64,000 bases of DNA from a virus: positions 1-64,000 of IMG/VR virus record IMGVR_UViG_3300005098_000017; one strand, written 5' to 3'. The position numbers and the translations under genes are program-made. Numbering within the stretch: position 1 is the stretch's first letter; each line of letters starts with the position of its first letter. Below, piece after piece: positions 22,700 through 36,647 of this stretch. The notes beneath the pieces were generated by a model, which did not search any database, was not told where the DNA came from, and saw only the letters and a program-made list of their open reading frames with translations.

Positions 22700-25600
22700 T
22701 TAATTATTATTCTTTTGATTCAAAAATGCAAGTGCTTTTTCCTCTGTTTCTGCTATTGTTCTTCCACAATGTGGACATACCCACTTGTTCAATCCGTCTG
22801 TGGAAGTGATATCATATGGCCAATCATCATATGTTCCATCTGGATTAAGTTTCCAGCTTACAAAACACTCTTGGACGTTCTCTAAATATCTTATTTCCTT
22901 ATTGCAATGTGGGCATATTGGATAATTCTCCTCCTTGCAAGCGCGAAGTTCAATACGGCAGTTGTACCCTCGCCTTTTCAATTCTGCTATGATATCTTCA
23001 TATTTCCTCAGCCTTTCTATTACTTCATCTTTATCAACCTCATAAATGTTTGCCAACAATCGATCAACCATATTTATCAACTTGGTATCTGACATATCCT
23101 TAAAATTCATGTTCGATCTCCTTTCAGGAATTCAAGCGCTTCTTTCTCGTTATGCGTTAGTTACCTCCTGTGAATTGACTTTTATAAGAAGCCCGCCGTT
23201 CTCCTGCAACTCCTCTGGATCAAATTCCTCAACCTCCATGGCGTGACCGCAAGCAAATGCCACCTTTCTCACATTCTTAACATAGTCGTCGGGATCTGTC
23301 ATATAGAGAAAAACAGCACCGTCTTCGATAAGCGCGTGCACAATAACCTGATTCTTATCATTGTAACATTTTATTTCATTACTTATTTCTCCGCACTCTG
23401 GACAGAGCCATCCCTTGTACATGGAGCAACCTCCTTTCTTGCGAATGGGTTTATAAATCTTTCAAATTTCTCTCTTATGAGAAGCTCGGCACACCTTTTA
23501 CATAAAGGGTAATTTGCTTTGAGGATTTCTATGAGAGCATATGAAGGCGGGGCTTCTTTTATCTCCTTTCCGCATATCGTGCAACGCATAACGATCTCCT
23601 TTTTTTTATTTGTTTGTGTTCTTTCAGAATCAAGTCAAAACAGGTTACTTAACCACTTCAAAATTTTCCCTTCTTGTCTACCTATCTTTATGCCAAATGT
23701 GTCACTAAGCTCCAATAGTATCTGCGCTCTACCCGCTTCCATTGCCCACCAATCCCGTTCTGGGATGTCTGCTTCATGTATGTAATCATACAGTCTACTG
23801 AGGAAATCGTTTAACCACTCTTTATCCTCAGATAGATCCCTACCATCATCGTCGTATATTGATATGTCAAGCGTCTCTGCGCCCTCATTGATAACGGTTA
23901 TTGCAAGGTCATGTATTTTATTTTCTATAATTTCTACTACTTCACTCATACAGCCTCCTTTCCTTACCATATTAATATTTCACCAAAATTAATTGCAGAC
24001 CAATATTCCTCCATTTCATAAAGCTTTGTTTCCAAGAACTTCCTGCTCTTCTCACTTAGTTTGTCACCATATTCCTCGAGGATCCTACTCAACATGCTCC
24101 TCCATTCCTTTAAATCCTCATAGTCACTTCTATGTATTACCATTTATTTCCTCCTTTTCAAAACACAACTCAAGATGTGACCTATAACCTCTACTCTCCA
24201 GTTCATCCATTATAAGTGAGAATTCATCCCACTCATCATCAGAAATATTGGCATCACGAACCATAATAGCATAATGCAATTCCTTCGCCCTCTTTATGAG
24301 GTCCTCATCTGTTGCTCTTATGATACTTGCAATCTTCATTCTTCTTACCTCCTTTACCTTTAATAATATTTCTTATTTTTGATTAATCAATAATTTTTTG
24401 TCCATTAAATTGACTTTTGTAGTTGTCGTCATCTGACACAGCTAATGGTAAAACGCTTATGTGGCCTTTGTTAGCCTCCTTACATTTATCTAGGAATGAG
24501 AGAAATGAATATTCATCCATTATGAGGTGGAAGCCGGCGGCCTCATCACTTGCCCGTACCGTTCTGAAAAAGACAAATAACTCACCATTGTCAACACTAA
24601 AGTTAATCCCTATCATTGTTACTCTCCTTCTCAAGCAACTTATCAATCAATCTCTTTATATTTTCTATTTCCTTTTGCAGATCATATATCTGCTTCGTTA
24701 CTATGCTTAGGCATATTTCTAGATCTTTCAGCCTGCTCATATTGCTTCCTGGTTTTGATTTTATAGACCATACCAAATTTATAATTCTCCGGATCGATCC
24801 ATTCATGAAAATGTTTTGGTAGAACCCTACGGCCCTTACGTTTGTAGAATGCTACCTTCTTTCTCTGCTCCTTCATTACTGATCCTCCTTCATAAGAGGA
24901 AGAAGTGAGACCCGGTTGCTCGAAAGGGGGTTGTTTCATGGACCGCGCCAGGCATGCTACGCGGAGGAAGGCCGGGCCTCACCATACTTCTTATGTCTCC
25001 CTCAATAATCTTTCCTTCACATAAACCTCGAGAAGCGATCTGAATACTTTACTACTGCAGAAATGCTTATCCATTACGAACACATGATCTCCTTCGGTTC
25101 TTACTCGTTTGTCCCGTGTGTGACCGGCTTCAAGAATACTAAATACATCATCATCAGAGAGGCGGACCTCATTACCATTATCATCAATCCTCAAAACAAA
25201 TGCATCGGGCGAGATTCTTATTAGCATAATTACCTCCTTTTAGATTTATATCTACTAGTAAACGATTTGTCTCCTCAAATTTCTCTCCATATTCTATTCC
25301 CATAATATCCGCATATTCCTGTATCAATATTGGTGCAAAGAAATAAAGATGCTTATAATGTCTATCATTTTTTCTATATCTATGTTCGACAGACAGGTAT
25401 AAAGAAGTAAGTAATTTCGTATGACCCTTTGTTATCAGCAAGTCATATAAGTTGTCATTAATAACAAGATGAGTTTCATCAGAAGAAAATAGTTTTGGGA
25501 AAATGCTGGATTTAGAATGATACACCGATGCATAACGGTAATAATATTTATCACTCATGACAATCCATGGCATATCAACTGGCATCCTCACAAGATTAAC

Positions 25601-27405
25601 ATTATGATACGGCTTATGCTCATGACCAGTATCCAACTTCACTTCTACACCGCTATTAAACAGCGGCTTCATTGTTTGGATAAGGAACAATCCACCTATG
25701 TCTATCACATTCACTTCATCAGATGACAAGGATTTCTTAATAGTATCAGCATCCTTATAGACTGTAGTTAATAATCCATCCGGCACTTTGATCATATAGT
25801 TGATCGAGTCGCCTCGGATAACCAACTCATTATCTGCAACCACTTCTATATCACCTCGGATAACTAACCCATTATCTGTAACTTCTTCCGTAGTATTTGA
25901 GCTAATATATTTCTTCCATCTACCAGTATAATTTCCATAGAGACCGTATGGTTTACTCTGATCAGCTGACCATTTACCATACAACATTACATTGCCTAGT
26001 GATATAGGATCATCCACATCAAAGTGTAATAAAAGAATGGGTATGTCGTATTTAGCTGAAGCTGTATAAATATGCCCTATATGTGCCGTCGTAGTTTTAC
26101 TATGATGAAGATAGTATGACCTTATGAAGCACACGGATCTCTGGTAATCAGATTCACCACTACAGCGATCATACTTGTACTCATGGAAAACATATCCAAT
26201 AGCAGAACTGTATGAATAAATTTTCATTCCAACAACTCTTTTGCAAGAGTTATAATTCCTGCAAAATATCCTATCATAATATTGATGAAACCAGAAAGAG
26301 CCCTTGCCATTGCTACAACCCTCACAATGCGAGAAGTCAAAATGGGGGTTAAGCGCGGCTTCCGCTACATCACTATTCTTCATACGCTTCAGACGGATGT
26401 TTCTTACTGAAGAAGACATCAGCAACCTCCTTTCTCCCTATATATCCTTTTGCTCCCAAGATCTCCTTATGTCAATACAATTATTGATAAAATATTCCTC
26501 AAACTCATCCTCCGTTTCATCAACAAGTGCGAACATGTCATTAATATCCTTCGCTTTTAGCGTGTCCATAAGAATCTTATACCGGTGCTGTGCCTTCTTC
26601 TCATCGCCCTGCTTGATAAGGTTTATAACAAAATTCTTTACCTCTTCCACCAGCTTTTCATTCCTTTTCACGGCTTCATATAGATCCTTGACCTTTATTG
26701 TAAACTCAGTATCATTGTCATCTATCTGTACCACATCGTTAAGCTCGCCTTTATTCAGAAGCTCCATAAATACTATTTCGGCAACCATTTCCTTATATGC
26801 ATTATCGATAATCATCTGCCTCTTTTTCCTGTATAATACATCACCATAGAATCGACCTATGTCACGAGCCGGCATATAAATGATTTTATTCGATACAAGA
26901 AATGGTGCTAAGGCAAGCGCATTGAACTGATGGAGATTCATTACCTCAACGGCTACGAATGGTTCATTGCTGAATAAGCCGCGGCGGTAGCCATTCCAGT
27001 GCAGCCTGATGAACTTATAGTAGATTATCTTTGCATCTCTATTTTCCTTTATATCTCTATCGATATCAATGTCATCCTCCAGTAGGTATTCGTCATTATG
27101 AATTATAAGAATGTACTTCGTCACATCCTTATCTGTCATGCTTTCGACATCTCTTATAAGTTTTTCCTTATCGAATGTAAACATCATGCACCTCCTCCTT
27201 TCAATATTTCCTCTAATTCATCTATGTCTCCATCCCATAATTCAATTGCATTTTTATATACATCTCCGATCTGCCTAATTACTTCATACTCAAAGTATTC
27301 ACCTAATATCTTAGCAACCTTTCTTCTACCATACTTTTTAATCAATTCTTCTAATCTTTTACCAACTATCACCCTTGACGGGATTTTGATTTTTAGCATT
27401 TCCAT
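22700..27405 (-). other. run of hypothetical genes, several with Zn ribbons, including 25184..26425 and 26438..27187
   Basis: ORFs with RBS; CxxC pairs. Confidence 0.65.
24402..24414 (-). promoter_or_regulatory. putative phage promoter GTCAAT-N4-TGG
   Basis: Exact motif at a gene end, followed by an A-run. Confidence 0.65.
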
Positions 27406-27423
27406 TTGATACCTCCTTTTTTC

Positions 27424-28493
27424 TTAGTTACTTCTTAAGTCAAGCAATAATGTAGTTATGTAGTATTTTCCGATATCATTATAATGTAATCTACTGTTCA
27501 CATTATTGACCTTCAGATAGACACATGGATAATTACGCGTATAAATATATGTAGACCTGATATTTGATATGTGAAAACCTTTCAATCTATAGCATATCTT
27601 TGATGTTAAGATAAGCGTTCGCATTTTCTCATTTATAATACATTTAAATACCTCCTTTCTTATTCTATCCATAAAGTCGCTGCGGAAACGAACTGGTACA
27701 TAATCACTCATATGCACATAGACAACTTTCTCCATGTCATTCATATTACACTTATAACTCTCACATAAGAGGTTATATAGTTCTGTTCCATATGTAGTTA
27801 TATTGAAGTTATTAAACCTCTTCTTTATGCTTGAGATTGTTATTAAGCCCGCCTTCATTTTCTTTGTTATAGTTGAGATAGCATAAGCCGGCGCTTCCTC
27901 AATCCTCACCCTTTTCCTAGGGACCAATGCATAAACAATTAATTTCATTATTCCTCCTTAATTAGATCATCAAGTTGTGTTATCAATAATGCTGTTATCC
28001 AATACTTGCCGATATCACTTTCATGAAGTAATTTATTAACATTGTTAACCTTAACATATACACAATTATAAACAACACCATCCCAATAGAGAGTAACGTT
28101 ATAATTATGAGAAATATGAGGATGATACCTTACATACCAATATGACCTCCTTGTTAATGGAATTGGAATGCACCCTCCAGTAAGCCATTTGTATATTTCC
28201 ATCTCCGCCCTATTACAATAGGATACTTCTGATGCACCATACATCACACTTATAAGATTCTTAATGTCTCCACAAACATCAGGCATCACATCCTCATAAA
28301 ATATTGTAAACATCCTGCAAAGCTCATCTTTATCTATTTTTATATTGATCTGCTTGTACTTGCGTTTTACTCTGTGGACAGTTATGAAGCCCGCCTTCAA
28401 CTTCTTCTCTAGCATCTCTTTGGCATATGCTGATACTTTATTGAATTCTACTTTCCCTCTTGGGACAAGTGCATACACCAGAATACCATCCAT
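27424..28493 (-). other. two tandem paralogous hypothetical genes (27424..27948, 27948..28493)
   Basis: Shared VYALVPR..KKxKAG and CVYxKVNNVN..LHxxDIGKY. Confidence 0.75.
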
Positions 28494-28511
28494 GTTAAAC
28501 CACCTTTATAT

Positions 28512-29804
28512 CTAATCAATCAATCCCTTTATCTTGTATACCTTGAATCCATCGAATAATCTTATATTCTCTTCATCCGATAGAGCAAACACCCATGTTC
28601 TATCTCCTTTTATCATCTCCAAGCTATCCTGATCACATGGATATCCATCAGTAGCCATGATTTTAACGTCATACTGCTTCCTAGCCGCCTCCTCGAATAC
28701 CGGACGATAGAGAGTACCTCCCGACTTTATATCCATCGCCTCAGGTACCTTTTCATTACCACTTATCCGCAACCATATGTCATCAGAGAAGAATACGATA
28801 TCCAAGTTGCATCTGTTCTTTAGCGGCTTTAGCATGCTGATGAAATACCTAACTTCCTCGTCCGTTATAGATAGAGATGTATCTACAGCAATGAATACAG
28901 ATAGGATAAGTTTCTTGCTTTTCTTTATGAAGCCACGCCTATCCTCTCTATTTAGCCGTATTTTCCTTGTGAACTTCAAGCTATTCATGCCGATAAGATA
29001 TTTTATCAAGTGAACCAGATCCCATTTTTCATCAAGATCAAATGCACCTCTGTTCAATAGATTTCCCACTAAGCCGGCGCCTCTTGACGCCTGGCTCTTA
29101 ATAATCTCTCTATCAGATTTACCTATGCCCGCTTTAGGACAGGATCTGTAGGTATAAGGATAGAGCACAACCGCAGCCGGCCACTCAAAGACGATGTATC
29201 TATCAGACACAACAGCTATTTTATCTTCTATCACATCTATACCAACACTAAATAACCGCTTACCCGATGAAAGAAGATCTTTAAACTTCTTCTGATCGCT
29301 ATCCTTGTTCAGATCAAGCACATAACGATCCTTTAGACTGTCAATTAATTCCTTTGCAACAGTCTTATATTCAATATTATAATCAGGTATCCCGAATGAA
29401 TCAGCATTCACCCCTATCTGCTTATAGTATAATCCGACATAGTAATTAACAACCACATCGAAGACGATATTCCTGAATGCTTGAGCCTCCACTTTATCCT
29501 TCAATCCTGATATCTCATCAACCTTTGCCGCTATCGTTGAATCGAAATGTCCCAGCAAGATGTGCAGTAATTCGTGCACTAATATTGATGCAATATAATC
29601 AGGATCCTTCGACTCTACCGTAACAGGATTCAATACGATTTTCATCTCATCGGTAGCAAACCCTTCGTACCCTATAATGAGATCCCCTTCTTCGCGACTG
29701 CTTGATACCACAATAGGATACTTAGCAAGAAGCATAAGGAGCGCGGGATCCCGGCTCCCTATGCTCATACGCGCATAAGTTAATTTTTTATTTTTATCTA
29801 TCAT
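28512..29804 (-). CDS. HExxH metallopeptidase-like domain plus VWA domain protein
   Basis: LVHELLHILLGH; MIDAS DTSLS, GGT, ATDG. Confidence 0.85.
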   Translation of the reverse strand: MIDKNKKLTYARMSIGSRDPALLMLLAKYPIVVSSSREEGDLIIGYEGFATDEMKIVLNPVTVESKDPDYIASILVHELLHILLGHFDSTIAAKVDEISGLKDKVEAQAFRNIVFDVVVNYYVGLYYKQIGVNADSFGIPDYNIEYKTVAKELIDSLKDRYVLDLNKDSDQKKFKDLLSSGKRLFSVGIDVIEDKIAVVSDRYIVFEWPAAVVLYPYTYRSCPKAGIGKSDREIIKSQASRGAGLVGNLLNRGAFDLDEKWDLVHLIKYLIGMNSLKFTRKIRLNREDRRGFIKKSKKLILSVFIAVDTSLSITDEEVRYFISMLKPLKNRCNLDIVFFSDDIWLRISGNEKVPEAMDIKSGGTLYRPVFEEAARKQYDVKIMATDGYPCDQDSLEMIKGDRTWVFALSDEENIRLFDGFKVYKIKGLID

Positions 29805-30859
29805 TATGACCTCTTTTGTTTACGAGATGACTTTCTATACTCCTCGACGACCTCTTTTATTACCTCAAAGTTATCCGGATCCTCCTTCTTAAACCGTGAG
29901 AGGAAGTTATGTATATCAACATTATCGTGTATTGCTAGAGTTCCCGTAAAAATGTCCGGATACTTATCAGCAAGAAATGCTGCCATGTGCCCAGCAAGAG
30001 GGTGATATGTCTGATTATCCATACATTCACTTATAATTCTTGATGTATAGAAGTATAGGAGACCATACTGATCCTTGGGCAATTGTTTCACAAGCGTTGG
30101 ATTCTTCTTCAGCTCATCATACTTCGGGATTTTCTTGTAATCCGACTCGACGAAGCCCTTGATGGCCGCCGCTACCTCAGCACCTACATAGACATCTATG
30201 TGGTCGATAGGAAGCCCCGCCTTCATCATCTCAGAGCAATCCTCTATAGCTCTTGGAGGCACACCCGTCGTATCCGTATCAAGCTTCATGTGCTGGTTAT
30301 AGATCGAGAAGAACATGAGGAGCCTTTCATCCCAGCCTTGTTTAACTCCATATTCAAGGACCTCTTCTACTTTCGGTACCAGCTTTACCTTCGCGCTTCT
30401 CTCTATGAATGCGTCATCCATCTCTATAACAATGTAATTATCTTTGCCCTCTTGGATATTAGCCGTCATAACGATAAATGTGCCTTCTGGAAGCGGGCGT
30501 CCATTGAATGTCTTGTACTGTATAACTTCAAATAATGCCTGCTGTATGAACGGATTACACCTATTTACCTCGTCAATAAGAAACACTGTATTTTCTTTCT
30601 CAGGAAACCAATCAGTATATGTGAATTGAGATTTACCATCTTTCACAATGATTTTTCCAAGCAGATCACCAACATCCTCCATATCGCCGGGCTTAAACTT
30701 CTTGAATGGCAGGCCGTGCTCATCAGCAAATTCTTTAACTATGGCAGTCTTGCCGACTCCTGTTGCACCGACAATAAGCACCGGCTTCCCTGCCTTTCTC
30801 GCAGCAGGTAGAATCATATCTTTTACTTCCTTTATGTTCTTTACTGCATATTCTACCAT
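29804..30859 (-). CDS. MoxR-like AAA+ ATPase
   Basis: GATGVGKT, FLIDEVNR, MTAN, DDAFIER; adjacent VWA gene. Confidence 0.9.
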   Translation of the reverse strand: MVEYAVKNIKEVKDMILPAARKAGKPVLIVGATGVGKTAIVKEFADEHGLPFKKFKPGDMEDVGDLLGKIIVKDGKSQFTYTDWFPEKENTVFLIDEVNRCNPFIQQALFEVIQYKTFNGRPLPEGTFIVMTANIQEGKDNYIVIEMDDAFIERSAKVKLVPKVEEVLEYGVKQGWDERLLMFFSIYNQHMKLDTDTTGVPPRAIEDCSEMMKAGLPIDHIDVYVGAEVAAAIKGFVESDYKKIPKYDELKKNPTLVKQLPKDQYGLLYFYTSRIISECMDNQTYHPLAGHMAAFLADKYPDIFTGTLAIHDNVDIHNFLSRFKKEDPDNFEVIKEVVEEYRKSSRKQKRS

Positions 30860-31783
30860 CTTGGCCTCCTTTTTGTTTAATTAATAGTGACAGTCAAAAT
30901 AAACAACCCAATAATTATTGATGTCCCTTTCACTTAATAGTTTGTCATCATATTTGATATATTCACCACCTTCTGGTATATGTTTATGATATATGCAGCC
31001 CGCACTTGCTAAATCTTCATACAAGCTTCGCCTCAAATTCTGGACAACAATATGATTATATACATTCTGCCATTCACCATAATTATTTGTGTGAGGGTAA
31101 AATTGTTCATTTTCATACATCAGCATAAATTTAATGAACTTTTTTATATTCTTATTAAATGCAAGTATAAGCGCTTCGTACCATATCCTCATTGAGTACA
31201 TGTATTCATTGATAGCATCAGATAGCTTTAATATCGTTCTGCTAACATGGAGCATCTGATAAGGATAATGTGGAGAATCATAGATAAGGTCATTGAATGC
31301 TATATTAATGAAACGGCCGCACGGCAAACAATAATCAAACCCTAGTTCTTCAATATCTACATTATACATGAAATCATCAGCCTTACGCAAAGCTTCTGCC
31401 CTTGTTTTTGCTACCTCTTTTGGTACAAGAACATGTAACAGCGTGTGCATGGTATCACCTCCTTTACATGTCACTCTCCTTTTCCATATTTATTATAGCT
31501 TGTTCAACAAAAATTGCAATAATATCCTCCGGAAAGTAGTCATATGGAATTGACTCATCGTATTCTTTAGTAAGCGCGCCGCCTAATGTCAAAGCTTCTA
31601 CGGTAACATTATCAGTATTACCATAAGGATCCTCTACTACTAGTGGAACATCAAGATAAATCTCACCAAATTTACACTGTCCTAAAACTGCCAACAACTG
31701 CAACCTTTGCATTGTCATTCTTAACTCTCCTTATGATTGTTCTACTATTAATTGTAATTCTAATTATCATAAGTTTTTATGTG

Positions 31784-31796
31784 CCAATAAATTGAC
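31784..31796 (-). promoter_or_regulatory. putative phage promoter GTCAAT-N4-TGG
   Basis: Exact motif upstream of the gene starting at 31718. Confidence 0.65.
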
Positions 31797-33745
31797 TTTA
31801 TCATAAGGAAAGGTAAACAGTTACAAGAATAGGCAGAAATAGGGCAAAGCCCGCCGGCCTCTCCATTCCCAAAAAGTGTTGCTAACTCATTGATTTTCAA
31901 AGAGCTAACGAGGCCTGCCGCGGGCTTCCCCATCAACCCTAATAATAGTCCCATCACCACTTGCCTTTCCTCACCATATAGAATGTCAGACCGATCATCA
32001 TTACATATAACAATGTTATTATAATAGCAAAAGGATCCGCATTCATGATCTTTCCTCTTATATTTCTTTCAATTTCTTAAGAATCCATCTCTTCAAACTA
32101 TCTGGTACCTCTTCCCATGCAACTCGCCGCCCTAATGATGATAGATTAACATCAGATTTCTTACCGATATAGTATAGAACACCAAGAGGATGCTCTGGAT
32201 CCTTTGAAGCACCATATACATCTCTATTATTTATTATTACCGTATAACAATCCATAACACCGGGATTATAATAGATTTTCACTTCAGATGGCTTCGGATA
32301 TTGCTTATATGAAAACATTTATCCTCCTATGGTATTTACTTAATCCTCCTCTTTTTTATTCAATGCTCTCATATAAAGATATGAAAGCCGATCCATATTA
32401 AGCTCCGCGCAATGCTCACATATTGGGATGGGATTACAAAGATATCCTAATTCGCTATGTATCACTAGCTTCTCATCATAATATGAGGTGCCTATATACA
32501 TGTCTCTGGTAAGAATCCTACCACAAATACCACATCTTTTTTGTTCTTCAGGCGGTTTTCTCAAAGTATCAATCATATCGGCTAATTCATAGAGGCGGGC
32601 TTCAATTTCTTTGATACTTTTTTCAACTTCTTTCCGCATTTCATTATGATATTCACTATGGTCAATTTTGTAGCTCCTCATGTCGCGAAATAAACCATTG
32701 ATCTTCGTTTCAATACTTTCCTAGATGTTATTAAGATCCTCTTTTAGTCTTCTAATGTCTAATTCTAATGTATGAATCCAATTATGCACCATGGAAATAT
32801 TTTCTATTTCCTTCCTTTTCTTTCTACCAAACATTTTATACCTCCTTATTTTTGTTCATCAAACTGACTATAAATCATTAGATTCAAGAAACTGGTGGAC
32901 CTCTTCCACTATCCGCCTTATTATGTCGTATTTCCTTATCGAATTCAATAATATTACTTCATCCATTGTTAAATACCTTCCATACAATGCTCTTACCTGC
33001 CCATTTTCTAACTTATAGCCGTACAATGATCCGTCTTCAGCAACAAATTCAACTTGCGCTTTCTCAAGGTAAGGCGAGAGGGCTTCAAGCAGAACATCAA
33101 AGTCGTTCCATTTATCAAAGAAATCGCAGTCCTCGATCACCAGAAAATTACTGCCGGTAAGCTCATTACTAATTATGGATATATCACAGTCTTGTAGAAT
33201 CCACGCAGATCTAGATATCGGAGTAGCCTTCTTTATGGCTTCTTTTATGTCGCAAGCTGTAACACCATCCTTTACCTTTATCACATACAAAATGAGTGTA
33301 CTATACTGAGACATCTTATTCCTCCTTTGCAATCATGGAAGCCACCTCCTTTATTAGTCTCCTTGCTATCTTTCCAGACTTGCTTCCAAACAGTGCGCTT
33401 ATTAGTTGCGCGTCATCCACTGGTACGAATATGCCTCTTGTCTCTATAATCTGTCCATCCTCTACCCAATACCCTACGAGGTTATCATCATCACGAAGCA
33501 TTTCAACATTTGCAAGATCAACCTTATCCTTAATAGCATCTAGTATTTCCTTTGCATCTTCTACAGGAAGCCACACATCGGGATCAAATCTCGCAAGGTG
33601 TGCATAATCATCATCATTACTAACAATACAACGCGCGTAGGTTATATAACTAGAAACCTCATTACCAATATCCTCTATAATATTAATGATCTCATCAGCC
33701 TTCCCTTTATCTACAGAGAATTCAAAATTTAGTAGTATAGCCTTA

Positions 33746-34030
33746 TCACCCATTTTTATCACCTTCCTTTCTTGGAGGCGGCGGCTTCACCCCTGCATGC
33801 AATGCTAAAATAAACCATCGTCTCCTAGCTTCATCTAAGCCTGCCAGCGCGGCCTCCCTTGTCTCACCCATACTCATGCATCCCGGTAGATCCTCTATCT
33901 CCGCAACCCACTCATCATTCCACTTCCATACCTTAATCGCATAGCTGCGCTTCATATACTTCTCTATTTCATCCTTGTACTTTATCGCTACGTCCTCAAG
34001 TTCCTTATTACTTATGTATCTACCTTTCAA
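33746..34030 (-). CDS. hicB: HicB-family antitoxin-like protein (orphan)
   Basis: WVAEIEDLPGCMSMGETREAALAGLDEA. Confidence 0.85.
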   Translation of the reverse strand: MKGRYISNKELEDVAIKYKDEIEKYMKRSYAIKVWKWNDEWVAEIEDLPGCMSMGETREAALAGLDEARRRWFILALHAGVKPPPPRKEGDKNG

Positions 34031-35549
34031 GACAATCCTCCTTTACTGACAATCCAATTCAAATATTTCAAACCAGTCGTGGGCTTCATTATAGATTATA
34101 ATATATGTCCCGGGTACATCATTCAATAAAGCTTCCATCATCTCTTCATCCGTCGTATCTTTGTAAGACTCACGATCATCCCATTTCTCAATAGACATAC
34201 CTGTCAGCTTGTGAAACTCCTTCTCAAGTGAGAATGTACGAACAAACTCACACAAATCAGAAACCACCCAATAGCCCTTGACATTTGCTAACACAATATC
34301 ACCTCCTTCATCAAATATAAATAATGTAACGATTAGTTAGATCCATCATAAATCATATAATACTCATAGAATCCTGATTCACCTAGATAAAACTCATCAC
34401 CAGATTCCAGTTCATCCAGATCACATCCTATTATATCTTCTATTTCATCCCGTGTTAAACCGACAAGTTCTGACACCTCATCAAGCGTAAGCCCATGGTG
34501 CTCTGTGCTTTTATTTGTCTGGATATTAAACACCTCAAGTGTGAAGAATCTCTTCTTTTTAGCCATAATAAACCTCCTAATGTGTAATAAAGGTATTACA
34601 ATATTACTGTTTCTTCATATGAGGTTTGGCAGCTTTAACTAATGTACTCATCATCTTCTTGCAGAACTTCTCCCATTTACAACCTTTGCAGGTCGGGCGC
34701 TTCACATTACAAGACCTGTATATATGTTCTACAAGGACATCACCATCCTTGCCTCTGAGAGGCCTGCACTTTATGCTAAATTCTACTTCTAACATTTATC
34801 ACCTCCATGTAATTCTTTCAAATCCTTCTCCATTTCATCAAGACATTTTTCACATCCATCATATCCTCGCGGAAACCATCTTTTGTGTCTCTCACACCAT
34901 TCAAGGCCCGGTTCCCACAAGGGACATTGGTGGTCTTCATCTGTTCCTACTTCTCCATTAATACCGAGTCTTTCAAGCTCTTCCTCTTTCATACAACCAG
35001 CATCTAACATGCTGCCACTAGACAATGCTACACCTGATGGAGACGGATCGAACCATTCCTCATAATAATGCTTACATGTTTTACATACCCCCACTTTTAT
35101 ATCCATTTGAATTCTCCTTTTTGCAAAGTCTACTTTCTATAACATAATTCCTTACTACAAGCATTGCTGACACTATTACTACAAAAATGCCTGTGGTTAG
35201 GGTGAACATTCTGTCAGAACCAACACATGTATTCCATGGTAGCAAAAAGAGACCAGAAAGCAAGTACAAGATGTTAAGTATTAATAGTTTTGCCTCCTTA
35301 TATGGGCTTTTCTTTATATTTGGAAGAAAAAGGTATAAACTCATTATTCCTTGTAAGATTACATAGAGTCCAAGAAAAGTTCGCATTTGATTGATATGCC
35401 ATGTAGCTAATAACATAAAGATATAAGCAACAACACCTGCCTCATGAATGCAAAAATATGACCTACTTTCTTTTGTAAAGGCCTCATGTAACGCATAACA
35501 CATTAATGTAATCGTTGCTATTCCTAATAAACATAGAGTTAACATATAT

Positions 35550-36647
35550 CTACCTCCTTTTAATCTCTTCTATCATTCTGACTCTCCTAGCTCTGATCCG
35601 TCCTTTCATGCATGTTAAAATATCTTTAACATCAACCTCAACTGCTATAAGAGCATCACCCTCAATCTCGTTCTCATCAAACGGCATGTAGCAATAGATG
35701 CCCTCCACACCATCTTCCGGAAATTCATCTGGTCCTTCATGAAAACACGTATTCGGTCTGGGGGCTTCTGTTACTCTTCCGGGCTCATAGAACAGGTTTC
35801 CATCAGTATAAGTGGTACTGCGATATGCTTCATCCGGTGTATCTAGTTGATATATTCTGCGTATCAAGTGTTCCATATCCAGATCACTCGTTCTCTCCAT
35901 TTTATCAACCCGCTTGTACAAAATATACTTACCACCTACGGGATATATATTCAGACTGCAAGCAATGTACTGTATGATATCATCCTTTATATCCTTAGTT
36001 AAATCACCATGTCGTATCACAGCAGTACTATAAGCCTCTGCATTTCCATGCAACCTTGCTGTCCCCATTATAGCTGCATGACCATATACCCTAGCATTAT
36101 CACAAACCTCGGCACACTCTTGGATACGTGCATTACCGTATATTTCAGCATTCCCATATACTCGAGCATAATTCCATACGGATGCATAATCATGCACTCG
36201 TGCATTTCCACCTATTACGGCTTGGTTCATTATCTTCGCATAACCATACACACGAGCATTACCATATAATCTAACATTACCACATATGCGAGCATTATCG
36301 TACACTTTCACATTATCGTACATCGTAATGCATTGACCCTCCACAATAGCATTACCAGCTATTTCAACATTGTCAGTTATCATAACAACGCCATATATAC
36401 AAGCATTGTCCCTCACTTTGGCATTCCCGATTATTCTGACATCACCATAAACCATTGCATCATCATAAACCCAACAATCCCCTTCATGCGAGAGGTTACT
36501 TTCCTTTTCGATAAAACCACCAACATCCCCGGCTTTTACATCACTGAAATCTCTTAATGCTTTTATCCGGTAAAGCCTTACTCCATTGAATGTTATTGTG
36601 TCGTTATGCATCAGCTTGTATTTCCTCTTATTATTTATGTCCGACAT
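35550..36647 (-). CDS. hexapeptide-repeat (left-handed beta-helix) phage protein
   Basis: LYRIKALRDF.DVKAGDVGGFIE N-terminus; many [GD]NA[RE][VI]Y repeats. Confidence 0.85.
   Translation of the reverse strand: MSDINNKRKYKLMHNDTITFNGVRLYRIKALRDFSDVKAGDVGGFIEKESNLSHEGDCWVYDDAMVYGDVRIIGNAKVRDNACIYGVVMITDNVEIAGNAIVEGQCITMYDNVKVYDNARICGNVRLYGNARVYGYAKIMNQAVIGGNARVHDYASVWNYARVYGNAEIYGNARIQECAEVCDNARVYGHAAIMGTARLHGNAEAYSTAVIRHGDLTKDIKDDIIQYIACSLNIYPVGGKYILYKRVDKMERTSDLDMEHLIRRIYQLDTPDEAYRSTTYTDGNLFYEPGRVTEAPRPNTCFHEGPDEFPEDGVEGIYCYMPFDENEIEGDALIAVEVDVKDILTCMKGRIRARRVRMIEEIKRR

Larger units (their letters stand above)
30881..35545 (-). other. run of hypothetical genes, including paralog pair 32868..33332 / 33316..33762 and membrane protein 35081..35545
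   Basis: The pair shares A[QN]VE..DxxLxGYxxExGQ; hydrophobic segments in 35081..35545. Confidence 0.65.
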
